Of a DNA stretch of 64,000 bases, positions 12,397 through 37,270 are shown one piece after another. Origin of the DNA: Eledone cirrhosa (taxonomy: Eukaryota); assembly GCA_964016885.1 (NCBI GenBank), contig OZ024743.1, forward strand, positions 300,018,001 to 300,082,000, in the 5' to 3' direction. The translations under genes and the position numbers were made by a program. The first letter of the stretch is position 1. Each line of letters begins with the position of its first letter. The notes below the pieces were generated by a model, which was given only the letters and a program-made list of their open reading frames with translations, was not told the DNA's origin and searched no databases.

Positions 12397-14461
12397 AAGG
12401 AAAAGAATCAGGACACCGACGGTTGGGCTCCGGCCGTTTTGACAGGGTCCTCACTCTTTTCCTATTACCTATTGCATGTGCAACCATTATTCAAGTTCAA
12501 CGAGAAGATCTACACCCAAAATGAAGGAGCAGCCAATAGTTGCTCCCTCATTTTGGGTGTAGATCTTTGTCGTTGAACTATAATATGTGGCCCTTTAGGG
12601 TAGCTTTGATACTAACCCCTATTGATACTAGCCCCTATTGCATGTGCGACCATTTTTCTTACCTGATGATAACCTCAATGGCTAAAAAGACTCCCATGGG
12701 AAGTTGGATTGGGTGGACCAAAACTGGTGACGTTGCCTAACGTTTTATGGTATGGTGGGAAAGGAGACTTAAAGATCTTCATGATGAGAGCTCCATATAC
12801 CTCATCATGTACTCTCGTTACGTAGACGATATCAATATAGTAATAAGAACATCCCCACAGGAGAGCACTAACAAGTTTGATTTAGAACGTAGCACAATGG
12901 TAAGCATCCAGCAGATAGCTAATTCCATACACCAGAGTATAACTGTAACTATCGACTACCTTTCCAAACACCCTAACAATAGACTACCTGTATTAAACAT
13001 GGAACTCTGGATTAACACTATAGACGAGAGAGCCCAAATTCTCCACTCACACTATGCTAAACCCATGGCCTCCAAATACCTGATACTCAAAAACTCAGCA
13101 ATGTCCAGTAGTTCTAAGTTTAATATTCTGATCGCAGACCTGGTACGAGTGATGAAGAACGTGTCCCGCATGTGCGACCCAACAGAAATGGAAAGACACA
13201 TCCAACACTTCATCAATCGCATGCAGTTCTCTGGCTACAACCAAAGAGACAGAATCAGAGTATACGAAGGAACATAGAACATAGAACTGGACATAAAAGG
13301 AATTTGCCCATTATACAGGAGCAAATCATGGAATAGCTTAGATAGGGCTAGACATAATATAGGGAAAGCCACCTCATGGTACGACAACCAGAGATACCAG
13401 AGTGTCATGTTTGTGGACGCTACCCGTGGAGGGAAATTAGCTAACCAGTGTAGAAAGGCCCTGAGAAAGACCCACTTAAAGATTAAGCTGGTAGAAAAAT
13501 CAGGAACCACCATAAAATCCCTGATCAGCAAAACCTACCCTTTTAAGAAAACCCACTGTATTAATAGGAAATGTATCATATGTAAAGTAAACCCCCGGAT
13601 AACTGTAAAACTAGAAACGCAGTCTATAGCATAAGATGTACAGAGGGTACTTGCAGAAACATGAAAACAACATAATTAGGCGAGACAGCTCGTAGCATAG
13701 ATGAAAGGATAGACCAATACTGGGTGGAAATAAAAGGACGAAAAACGGTTCAGTACTATACGAACATGCTAGGCAACAACACGACGGTAACATAGGCAAC
13801 ATAGAAATTAGAATAATATCTAAACATAGAAATGGCCCAGCAGATAGGCAAATCAGAGAGGCCAGTGAAATAGAACTTAGAAGGCCAAGGCTGAACAGAA
13901 AAAATGAATCGAATAAAAACAACACCCAAACAAACAACACTGACCTAAGAGAAGTATAAATAAATAAATAAATAGATAAATAAATAAATACATACACAAG
14001 CACAATAACAACAAACACATATAAACACACACTAGTAAAGATAGAACACATTAACTAATACACAGTCACCCAAACACGAACACACATCAAACAAAACACT
14101 ATACACACACGCAAACGCATGCGCTAATAAGACAAACAAATAAACAAATATTAAATATATAAACAGACTAAATAAAGATGGCGTAGACATACAATGCAAC
14201 GGGAGGAAACAATAGCACCACTCACGATGTTGCAGATGTGCAACGAAAGAACTTTGATAGACTATATATATGTGTTTGTGTCTATATTGTATCTGTATTT
14301 TTGATCGTTGGTCAGTCAATGACAACATTGAGGACCGAATAAATTAAATTAACCGATATAAAAGACACAGAAGCGAAAAGCGAAAACCAACCAATCAGTG
14401 AGTGTGTTCTGTTATTAATTCTGGTAATATTACACAAATATGACCCTCCCCAAGTATAACA
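12397..14461 (+). mobile_element. 5'-truncated, 5'-scrambled PLE (distinct family, Neptune-like)
   Basis: ORF pieces 12747-13277 (YSRYVDDINIV, LPVLNMELW, YAKPMASKYLILKNSAM) and 13407-13634 (MFVDATRGGKLA..VEKSGTTIKSL..C..C..C), then decayed GIY-YIG-like sequence. (TA)n on both sides. Confidence 0.8.
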
Positions 14462-14679
14462 ATATATATATACATATATATATATATATATGTAGATAAA
14501 TCTACCAAGAGTTTACGGTAGTGTCCAATCCGTATGAAGAACTCAATGTATTCCGGATATCATGGAAAGAAGAGATGTAATGAAAAATCACTTTCGGTGA
14601 AAGATAAACGGTATACAGAGTCAAGATAAAATATTAAACAAATAATGAATAAACAATTCCTTATATTAAACAACAAAAG

Positions 14680-14833
14680 TTCATTATTTAACGATCGTTT
14701 CTAGGATATATATGTGTTAGAGTTGGCATGCATATTCAACAGATCTATGTACAAAATTATACAAAATTATACAAACTATCAAGATTAAATATACATACCA
14801 ACACATATATACGCCGTCTTCAGAAATAATGAA
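14680..14833 (-). ncRNA. Type I hammerhead ribozyme, long stem II (copy 1)
   Basis: Minus strand: TTCATTATTT-CTGAAGA-(~115 nt with TATATATGTGTT/AACACATATATA and GTTGGTATGTATATTTAA/TTGAATATGCATGCCAAC pairing)-GAAAC-GATC-GTT-AAATAATGAA; 10-bp stem I, palindrome AACGATCGTT. Confidence 0.85.
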
Positions 14834-15469
14834 ATATATTTATTGATAATAACAACAATCCAAACTTTCAGGTCCGTTTGGGAACAAAATTGACCAATGA
14901 AAATACAAAAGGTTTAATGCAGTTCGGTGTGTGTATATACATGTAACAACCCTTACACATATTTTACAAAAATGTATGCACAACCTGTATACGCATACAA
15001 AAAGGATGGATGCAAATACAAAATTTCAAGGTTAATGTCTCTGTAAGTTTATAATGCACAGATAAGATGCGTATAGATACATAAATATGAAATAAGTGTA
15101 TACACATATGTTCATACTAACACATATCCGTACAATCACACATACACGCGCGTATATGCATAAACATACACATAAACTACGAACATACAAACACACACAC
15201 ACCCCCACTCACATATATATATGTGGATATAAAATCCTAAGCACATGGATATTAATTCACTCACATAAACACTGGCACACACATTTAGATAAAGATACAG
15301 AAATTAGGTGGGAGGGGGGGGGATAGGTCAGTATTCAACGGTTTGGGCTGACTGCTTAATATAGATGTATCTATAAACTAAGAAAATAAAAAATAATAAA
15401 TAATAAATAAACATTGAAAAGGAAAGAAAAGAAAAAGAAAAAAGAAAAAAGAAAAAAGAAATATATCAA

Positions 15470-17480
<2,011 letters not shown>

Positions 17481-17689
17481 CAGATGATAATAGTATGGGG
17501 GAAAGGGGGGGGGTTTGGAGAAGGGGATTATAGTAAATATATGTTTCAAGAAACAGAATATTATCCGTATCTAGATCCAATGTATGTTTTTACATAATAT
17601 CAGTGTTAGGAAATACAATAAACAAGAAATAAGGCAAAATTTATGCATTTCAAAATAAATAAGTATACCATTGATTATATGTTAACTAA

Positions 17690-18690
17690 ACTAAAGATAG
17701 TTAACATATTGATTTCTAAGGTGTAAATTAGTTAGGTTTATAATATTTGAAGCAGAATTTTTAAGTTAAATAGTAGTAGAGTATTAATTATAGTATAACT
17801 AAATTAAAGTTAATAACTTTATGGTATCAATATTAGGAAATGAATTTAGTAATAGGGAAAAAACAAATAAAGTATTACATCGGTAGTAGAATATAAAATA
17901 TAGGTTAATTAAATTAAAAATTATATATTTATTTCTATAGTATATGTTAATTAGGTATATAATAAATAAAACAGATATTGTATTTTATCAATAGCAGAAT
18001 ATAATTATATGCAAATAGAAATCAAAATTAATACATATACATATACATATACATACACATATATATATACATATATATACATATATATATACATATATAC
18101 ACATATACATACGCACACACATACACATACACATATACATATACATATTTTTTCAAAAATTGCAAAGAATATATTAACTAGGTATAAATCCAAAACACAT
18201 CCCATTCTATGATAGATGACATTCTGCAATTCGTCTGTATAAGGATATTAATTTTAAGCCAATTAAATTAAATTTTTAGGTTGATTAAAATTAAAACCAA
18301 ATTATAAATATATTTCTAAAATGTATATTAATTAGGTCTATAATACTAAAAATTATTTCTCTGTCATTGGATACACGATATTTTGTTATATTTTATTTGT
18401 AGAAGAATTATAATAAAAGGTTTAAATAAATTAAAATTAATCTATAAATTAAATTACTAAGTATATATTAGTAATATTTAAAGGTTTTTCACAATTTATG
18501 ATTACATAATATTTTATATTCTCATCTGTAATAGAATTTTAATTAAATTAAATTTATAGGTTAACTAACATTCAAATTAAATTAATTTCTAAAATAATGT
18601 TATTAATTAGGTTTATAATATTTAAATGTTTTTTTTAGTTTATGATTACACGATCTAATTAATTCCTGTCGTTTATTTAATAGGATATCC
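17690..18690 (-). repeat. Degenerate AT-rich tandem repeats (~130-160 bp) beginning in the ORF C-terminus
   Basis: TAATTAGGT(T/A/C)TATAATA-like motif recurs at ~17728, 17948, 18176, 18329, 18453 and 18604; the last is the reverse complement of the ORF end YKPN*. Confidence 0.6.
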
Positions 18691-21044
18691 TTAGATTTCA
18701 TTATTTCAAATAGTTCTTGGGAACATAATCTACATTCATTTCTATTATTTTGATAAGGGGTGGCTCTTTTGAGCACACTCCAGGTCAAATCATATTCTAT
18801 ATTCTTATTTTTATAACTATTGATTTTTTCTGCTAGAGATGTTGTATTAGCCAGTGCGGCATTTTTAAAACTATGCTTGTGGGTATTAAACCTTGTCTTA
18901 AAATTGTTAGAGGTAGCTCCTATATATGAGCAAATAGAATCTTTAGTTTTAACATTACATTTATAGACTATGTTGTTAACAAGACAATTCCCTTTTAATG
19001 GGCAGTTTGCTTTGTTTCTACAGTTACAACCTTTCGTTAATTCTGTATTTGAGGAGATATTATGGTTAATTTGATGTACTGGTGGTATACTTATGGTTTT
19101 CTTACATTTATATGCATTATAGGCACTTATATTTTGTTTTATGTTATTTGTTGTAGAGTATGAGAATTTAACTGTAGACCTATTTAAGATTTGATGGTAT
19201 TTGTGGTTTGGCGGGAAGTTTTTCTCTAGGATATAAAAAAATTTTTTAGCAATATTATCCTTAATTTGTAAATTAAATGGAGCATTATACCAAGTAACCC
19301 GTCTATTACGGTTTCTATGTTGTTTATTATTTTTATTATTTTTATAGGTTGTATCGTGATTTTTACTAGGAGGATTAATGTTAATGATCTCACCACAACC
19401 ATTTTTAGTTATATTTGTAGATTTAGGTGTTTTATCCTTTTTATTAGGAGTTTTATTATTAATATTTATTAGAGTTGTATGATAAGTAGTTTTTTGAGAG
19501 TTACTATACTTTATATTAGAAGATTTGGTATTTTGGGGTATAGTGTGGGTGGCATTTAGGTGTGTACTTTTCATTTGGTGTTTGTTGGTAATATTAGGTT
19601 GTATGCTTTCAGTATTTTTAGTAGAAGGTATATATTCTAATCTATTTTTGTGGCCACTTCTATCTAGAGCTTCGTTATAGAAGGTCGCATTTTTATCAAA
19701 TACATCTTGGTTAGAAGAAAGGTTAGAAATTCTAAGTGATATATTATATGCAAGGTTTTTAAGGATAGATTTAGGGTGATTAGATTGTGAGTGTATGTAA
19801 TGTAAGTTTTGGTTTGGTTTATGGTAAGGTTGGTAGATACCCGTAGCTAAATCTAAAGTTATATCTAGGAAATTTACTACTTTACTTGTTTTTTCAAAAG
19901 TAATATTAAGATTATAATAGTCTTTAAGGAAAGTTCTAATATGTTTTTTGTTTTTTTCAATTTCTGAAAGGCTAAGGTTGTTAGAAAGAAGAAGACAGTC
20001 ATCACGATATAAACCACCTTTGAGGTGGGGAAAGGAGGCATTTATGTTGAAAAGGAGAAAGAGGCCCACAAGATCAGTAATTTGGGTGGAATCGCTTGAA
20101 CCCATAGTAATATCAAAAAGATTACTATATGTGTTTCTGGTCCAGTATTCATTCTGAAATTCAATAAGTGTTAGTCTAGCATGTGTAATAATATTAATGT
20201 CATCCAAAGTTAAGTTAGATCTATTTTTAGCAAATATCAATGCTTTGTTCAGGAGTATAGGTGATATAGAAGAATAGTAATTATCTATATCAAATTGTAG
20301 AAATGAAGCAGAAGATTTACATCTAATATTTTTAAACCAGTTAATTACCTGGGAGGTGTTTTCCCAGAGTGGTAAAATAACGTGTTTTCTTATTTGTGGG
20401 ATGACTCTATCCAAAATTTTTTTGCTAATTATTCCAATATCTGATTTGGAGGGACATATAAGTCTAATAGAAGGATTTGAGTTAAAATTTGATTTATGAT
20501 TCTTCAGGTTGAAGTGTGGTCTTTTCAATGCCAAAGGTTCAGTTCTATCTTCAATGTTTAGTTTTTTTACTATGTTGTGTGTTTTGTTGTTGATGTTGGT
20601 GAGTGACGCATTATTAGATTTTTAATAATTTTTTCTGAGTTCTTTATATATGAACTCATTATAATGTTCAATATCCATATGATACAAGTTACCAGTTTTG
20701 TCCGAGTGGACATGGATTTTTTTAGACTTTTTTAGGTCCAATAGGGTAGAATCAAGGTCCTTTTGAAAGACGGATTTATACTTTTTAAATTTGAGGTGTT
20801 TAATTAAATTAAAAAGGTCTTTCTCGAAGTCTTCAAGTAAAAAGTTGTGTGGTGGATTCTTGTAAGTATTGAAATCATACATATATTTCCGATCTGCTTG
20901 TTTAGATTTTCTATCGAAATGGTAGGCTCTCCATCTAACCCTTCTGATAAAATTATTAGTTTTCTGAATCATAAGGAGTAAGAAGTCATCCTTAGAAGGT
21001 ATTGGTATGTTTTTTAAAGAGGTTCCTAAATATTGTTTTTCCAT
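18603..21044 (-). pseudogene. PLE polyprotein, ~813 codons, RT + C-terminal GIY-YIG endonuclease, single in-frame TAA at 20622-20624
   Basis: ATG at 21044 (MEKQYLGTSLKNIPIPSK). Track ORFs 20622-21065 and 18603-20534 share a frame and are joined by KNY*KSNNASLTNINNKTHNIVKKLNIEDRTEPLA. RT motifs FLQFDIDNYYSSI, TMGSSDS, GLYRDD, VNFLDITL; endonuclease IVYKC..SYIGATSNNFKTRFNTH..CRLCSQE..LLNK. Confidence 0.93.
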
Positions 21045-21196
21045 TGTGATATGGATGATGGACAATTGAAAGAGCTCAACTAAATGTATATGGGTTTATA
21101 AAATCATACATATATATGTATATACATAAATATAAAATTAATACACACATACAGTACAAAAATACGAATATTTCCGTGAAAATAGGAGCAAAATTA

Positions 21197-22176
21197 TGTA
21201 GATAAATCTACCAAGAGTTTACGGTAGTGTCCAATCCGTATGAAGAACTCAATGTATTCCGGATATCATGGAAAGAAGAGATGTAATGAAAAATCACTTT
21301 CGGTGAAAGATAAACGGTATACAGAGTCAAGATAAAATATTAAACAAATAATGAATAAACAATTCCTTATATTAAACAAAAAAAGTTCATTATTTAACGA
21401 TCGTTTCTAGGATATATATGTGTTAGAGTTGGCATGCATATTCAACAGATCTATGTACAAAATTATACAAAATTATACAAACTATCAAGATTAAATATAC
21501 ATACCAACACATATATACGCCGTCTTCAGAAATAATGAAATATATTTATTGATAATAACAACAATTCAAACTTTCAGGTCCGTTTGGGAATAAAATTGAC
21601 CAATGAAAATACAAAAGGTTTAATGCAGTTCGGTGTGTGTATATACATGTAACAACCCTTACACATATTTTACAAAAATGTATGCACAACCTGTATACGC
21701 ATACAAAAAGGATGGATGCAAATACAAAATTTCAAGGTTAATGTCTCTGTAAGTTTATAATGCACAGATAAGATGCGTATAGATACATAAATATGAAATA
21801 AGTGTATACACATATTTTCATACTAACACATATCCGTACAATCACACATACACGCGCGTATATGCATAAACATACACATAAACTACGAACATACAAACAC
21901 ACACACACCCCCACTCACATATATATATGTGGATATAAAATCCTAAGCACATGGATATTAATTCACTCACATAAACACTGGCACACACATTTAGATAAAG
22001 ATACAGAAATTAGGTGGGAGGGGGGGGATAGGTCAGTATTCAACGGTTTGGGCTGACTGCTTAATATAGATGTATCTATAAACTAAGAAAATAAAAAATA
22101 ATAAATAATAAATAAACATTAAAAAGGAAAGAAAAGAAAAAGAAAAAAGAAAAAAGAAAAAAGAAATATATCAAGA

Positions 22177-22271
<95 letters not shown>

Positions 22272-22425
22272 CATACACACACACACACACATATATATAC
22301 ATACACATATACAAACACATACATACATATACACACATCCACACTTAGAACATACATACACACACATATATAAACATATACATATACACACATACATACA
22401 TATACACACATACATATAAATACAC

Positions 22426-22486
<61 letters not shown>

Positions 22487-22770
22487 CACTCATACATACA
22501 CATATAATCACACATACTATATAGACACACATATATATACACACATACACACACATATACATACACTTACATACATATATACATACAGATATACACATAC
22601 ATACCTATATATACACACAAATACATACAGACATATATACATACATACAGACAAATACTTACGCATCTATATATCGGTATATACATTCAAACACCACTAC
22701 ACTCTCACACAACTCAGGCATACAAAGAAAAAGGTATATACCCATACACATATACATATACAAATAGAGA

Positions 22771-22862
<92 letters not shown>

Positions 22863-23064
22863 CACACATACACACATACACATACATACACATACATACA
22901 TGTACACACACATAGATATATATACACACACATACACACATACACATACATAAATAGTCATACACACACATACACCTACACGAACATACACATACACATA
23001 TACAAAGATATATATACACACACACACACACATACACACACACACATATATATAAAAAAAATAA

Positions 23065-23117
<53 letters not shown>

Positions 23118-23442
23118 CACATACACATACATACACACATAGACATATATGTACATACATACATATACATAGATACATACACACACATACATACATATAT
23201 ACACACATAGACATATACATACATACACACACAACATACATACACACATATATACTCATACATAGAATTAGATATATAATCATACATACATACGCACTTA
23301 CATATACTCATATATACAAATACAAACGCATCCATATATGCGTATATACATAGAAACACCACTACACCCTCACCCAACTCAGACATACAAAGAAAAAGGC
23401 ATATACATATACATATATACACGCATTAATAGAGATATATAT

Positions 23443-23492
<50 letters not shown>

Positions 23493-24028
23493 ACTTATAT
23501 ACATATACCCACACACACATACAACCATAAATACACATACAAACACCCACATATATATATATATACACACACATAAAAAGCAGACATGCACATATATATA
23601 TTTTTTTACACATATATATACACATATATATACATATACACACCCTCACATATACACATACACATAAGTTATATTATAATAATAAATAATATATATATAT
23701 ATACACATACATATATATATATATATACATATATATACATATATATATACATACACACATACGAATATAGACATATATACACACATAGATATATATACAT
23801 ATATATATACACATACATATACACACACACACATATACACATTCACATATATATGTGTGTGCACACACACATATATATACATACACACATATACACATAA
23901 ACACATATATGTGTATACATGCACACACACACATATATCCACATAGATACGAAGATAGACATATAAATAGAGAGACATACATATATATACACACACACAT
24001 ATACATACATACATACACACACATATAC

Positions 24029-24091
<63 letters not shown>

Positions 24092-26563
24092 CAGACATAC
24101 ACATACACATACATATACACATGCATATATACACATATACACATACATACACACATATATATATATACACACACAATCATACATTCTTATTTGCATGCGC
24201 ATATATGTATTTTTATATTCAGATATAAATACCCAAATATATATACACCTACCTACATATATATTCATACATACACGCTTACAAACACAGATGATAATAG
24301 TATGGGGGAAAGGGGGGGGGGGGGTTGGAGAAGGGGATTATAGTAAATATATGTTTCAAGAAACATAGAATATTATCCGTATCTAGATCCAATGTATGTT
24401 TTTACATAGTATCAGTGTTAGGAAATACAATAAACAAGAAATAAGGCAAAATTTATGCATTTCAAAATAAATAAGTATACCATTGATTATATGTTAACTA
24501 AACTAAAGATAGTTAACATATTGATTTCTAAGGTGTAAATTAGTTAGGTTTATAATATTTGAAGCAGAATTTTTAAGTTAAATAGTAGTAGAGTATTAAT
24601 TATAGTATAACTAAATTAAAGTTAATAACTTTATGGTATCAATATTAGGAAATGAATTTAGTAATAGGGAAAAAACAAATAAAGTATTACATCGGTAGTA
24701 GAATATAAAATATAGGTTAATTAAATTAAAAATTATATATTTATTTCTATAGTATATGTTAATTAGGTATATAATAAATAAAACAGATATTGTATTTTAT
24801 CAATAGCAGAATATAATTATATGCAAATAGAAATCAAAATTAATACATATACATATACATATACATACACATATATATATACATATATATACATATATAT
24901 ATACATATATACACATATACATACGCACACACATACACATACACATATACATATACATATTTTTTCAAAAATTGCAAAGAATATATTAACTAGGTATAAA
25001 TCCAAAACACATCCCATTCTATGATAGATGACATTCTGCAATTCGTCTGTATAAGGATATTAATTTTAAGCCAATTAAATTAAATTTTTAGGTTGATTAA
25101 AATTAAAACCAAATTATAAATATATTTCTAAAATGTATATTAATTAGGTCTATAATACTAAAAATTATTTCTCTGTCATTGGATACACGATATTTTGTTA
25201 TATTTTATCTGTAAAAGAATTATAATAAAAGGTTTAAATAAATTAAAATTAATCTATAAATTAAATTACTAAGTATATATTAGTAATATTTAAAGGTTTT
25301 TCACAATTTATGATTACATAATATTTTATATTCTCATCTGTAATAGAATTTTAATTAAATTAAATTTATAGGTTAACTAACATTTAAATTAAATTAATTT
25401 CTAAAATAATGTTATTAATTAGGTTTATAATATTTAAATGTTTTTTTTAGTTTATGATTACACGATCTAATTAATACCTGTCGTTTATTTAATAGGATAT
25501 CCTTAGATTTCATTATTTCAAATAGTTCTTGGGAACATAATCTACATTCATTTCTATTATTTTGATAAGGGGTGGCTCTTTTGAGCACACTCCAGGTCAA
25601 ATCATATTCTATATTCTTATTTTTATAACTATTGATTTTTTCTGCTAGAGATGTTGTATTAGCCAGTGCGGCATTTTTAAAACTATGCTTGTGGGTATTA
25701 AACCTTGTCTTAAAATTGTTAGAGGTAGCTCCTATATATGAGCAAATAGAATCTTTAGTTTTAACATTACATTTATAGACTATGTTGTTAACAAGACAAT
25801 TCCCTTTTAATGGGCAGTTTGCTTTGTTTCTACAGTTACAACCTTTCGTTAATTCTGTATTTGAGGAGATATTATGGTTAATTTGATGTACTGGTGGTAT
25901 ACTTATGGTTTTCTTACATTTATATGCATTATAGGCACTTATATTTTGTTTTATGTTATTTGTTGTAGAGTATGAGAATTTAACTGTAGACCTATTTAAG
26001 ATTTGATGGTATTTGTGGTTTGGCGGGAAGTTTTTCTCTAGGATATAAAAAAATTTTTTAGCAATATTATCCTTAATTTGTAAATTAAATGGAGCATTAT
26101 ACCAAGTAACCCGTCTATTACGGTTTCTATGTTGTTTATTATTTTTATTATTTTTATAGGTTGTATCGTGATTTTTACTAGGAGGATTAATGTTAATGAT
26201 CTCACCACAACCATTTTTAGTTATATTTGTATATTTAGGTGTTTTATCCTTTTTATTAGGAGTTTTATTATTAATATTTATTAGAGTTGTATGATAAGTA
26301 GTTTTTTGAGAGTTACTATACTTTATATTAGAAGATTTGGTATTTTGGGGTATAGTGTGGGTGGCATTTAGGTGTGTACTTTTCATTTGGTGTTTGTTGG
26401 TAATATTAGGTTGTATGCTTTCAGTATTTTTAGTAGAAGGTATATATTCTAATCTATTTTTGTGGCCACTTCTATCTAGAGCTTCGTTATAGAAGGTCGC
26501 ATTTTTATCAAATACATCTTGGTTAGAAGAAAGGTTAGGAATTCTAAGTGATATATTATATGC

Positions 26564-26565
<2 letters not shown>
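21197..26565 (-). repeat. Tandem 5'-truncated copy (5.4-kb pseudo-LTR) including ORF 3' portion 25415-26565
   Basis: Begins TGTAGATAAATCTACCAAGAG as at 14491; ORF 25415-26386 is nearly identical to the C-terminal 323 aa of the main ORF; match ends at ..ATATTATATGCAA (=19753). Confidence 0.95.
21386..21539 (-). ncRNA. Type I hammerhead ribozyme (copy 2)
   Basis: Same sequence as 14680-14833. Confidence 0.85.
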
Positions 26566-31306
<4,741 letters not shown>

Positions 31307-31601
31307 ATATATATATATATATACATATATATACACATGTATATATATATATATATATGTTTTCCTATTCATCCCAATTACACTTACCCACTTTCTTCGT
31401 GCTACTGCTAATGAATTATTAGCAGCCAAGTTTAAATTATATGCAATTTTACTTTCAAGAAATATTGTTTAAACAATTTAATCATTTTACCATTAAATTT
31501 TATGGTTTTACTTTTTTTTCTATGTATATATTACTCTCACACTTCCTATATTTAAAAAGTAAAACCCCTAATTTTTTATGATTTCCCTCTTGAAGTCATT
31601 G

Positions 31602-31678
<77 letters not shown>

Positions 31679-31701
31679 TAAATAAATAAATGAATAAATA
31701 A

Positions 31702-32560
<859 letters not shown>

Positions 32561-32881
32561 AATATACTTTTTGTTGAAAGTGAATAGATTTTTAACATAT
32601 TGTATTTTTTTAATGAGTTGATCCGTGAATATACACTATATATGATTTCCAAAATATTACCGAAGTATATAAGATTTGAAAAATATAAAAAAAAAACACT
32701 TTAACAATTGTAATGAATATGAAAAATATGAAAAAAAAGAAAAAAAAAGAGAAGATAAAAGAAAAATAAATCAAAGTTTGGATGAGAACAATATCGAGGT
32801 CAAGAATAAACGAAAGGCGGAAAATTATAGTTTTATAATTCAAGCGACCAGCACGCCAATAGAAAAAAGCATACGCGTTCA

Positions 32882-32902
32882 TCTATATATATAAAACTGA
32901 GG

Positions 32903-32999
<97 letters not shown>

Positions 33000-33481
33000 T
33001 GTGAGTTTGAATCCCTAAAACTCGTGAAGTACCCAACCGATTTTTTTCAAGCTTTACATGTGTATTACTTATGTTTCAGGGAGTGGTATGCAACTTTTTC
33101 ATCCCTGAGGGCTCGGATTAGGTGAAAAACTGCGTTTCTTCAGATTTTTAGGGGGTTTTTGAGGCGTTACGTCAACCGATTTCTTTGAAATTGTAACTAT
33201 GTATTAGTCAGTCTCTGCTTCGTACCGTGAGCAAAGAAAATCCGAATTTTGTATAGCCTGTGCCTGCATTATGTGAAAAACTTCATTTTTTCATCTTTTT
33301 ATGGCTTTTTTGAGGAGTTACGTCTAGCCGATTTTCCCTAAATTTCAAGGCATAAGCACATAAACAAATATTCATTTTTTTGAAGCCCTAGGGCCCGCAT
33401 TAGGCGAAAACCTGCATTTTTGTTTTGGTGGCCCGCGTTCCAAAATACCTTATCCCGTGCAACGCCGTGTACCACTGCTAG
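32882..33481 (+). mobile_element. Non-autonomous Helitron-like element
   Basis: Starts TC after host A (32881); (GT)n near the 5' end; subterminal GC-rich hairpin-like CCCGTGCAACGCCGTG; ends CTAG (33478-33481) before host T; no TSD. Confidence 0.75.
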
Positions 33482-33994
33482 TATTATATACACTTGAAAC
33501 TCAAACGTACATATAACCGTTGTCATTCATAAAGAACTACCCCTTGTATGAATCATATAGTCACAAACGCAAATGGAGAAGCAGTTGTATTTAATGAGAT
33601 TAAATGTGAATTTGTTTAAGAAATTATTTTTCCTTTTTATACATGTCAACTATTTTATTTTTGAGTCACGAAGGGAAATATATTGCTGGCTATTTAAACA
33701 GAAGGATACCTTTTTTATGGACAATATATATCAAATGTCATACGGATTAAAGAGCTTACAACAAAACGCAAACCACGTGACTTAAAACACGATTTACGCT
33801 AATGAGGGAGCTTTTACGAGATCACTAAATCTGCTGAAATTAGCATCCAAATATCATTCATAATCTACGGTTCCGCTATTACTACAATGATTGGACAAGT
33901 TGGAAAAGAAAATGTACGATGTTTTCACTGATGTGTGCTGGGATGTCAACATTCAGACATTCTATTGAAATAAAGAAACTAGAGATATGTATGT

Positions 33995-37168
<3,174 letters not shown>

Positions 37169-37270
37169 TCTACTTTCTTTATTTCAATAGAATATCTGAA
37201 TTTTGACACCCCAGCACACCATCCATATTCACTGAAGCATCCATATTCACTTAACCACTCAACTCGTTTT

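Noticed and set aside
14221-14262. Hammerhead-like CTCACGA-TGTTGCA-GATG-TGCAAC-GAAA in the Neptune-like PLE tail
   Set aside because: Core mutated and stems I/III not convincingly paired; at most a relic.
17690-18690. CRISPR-like repeat-spacer array
   Set aside because: Units are degenerate and of variable length in a eukaryotic retroelement UTR; no fixed repeat or cas genes.
18603-21044. Assignment to Naiad/Chlamys PLE clades
   Set aside because: Those clades have an N-terminal endonuclease; here GIY-YIG is C-terminal and a hammerhead is present. Clade left open.
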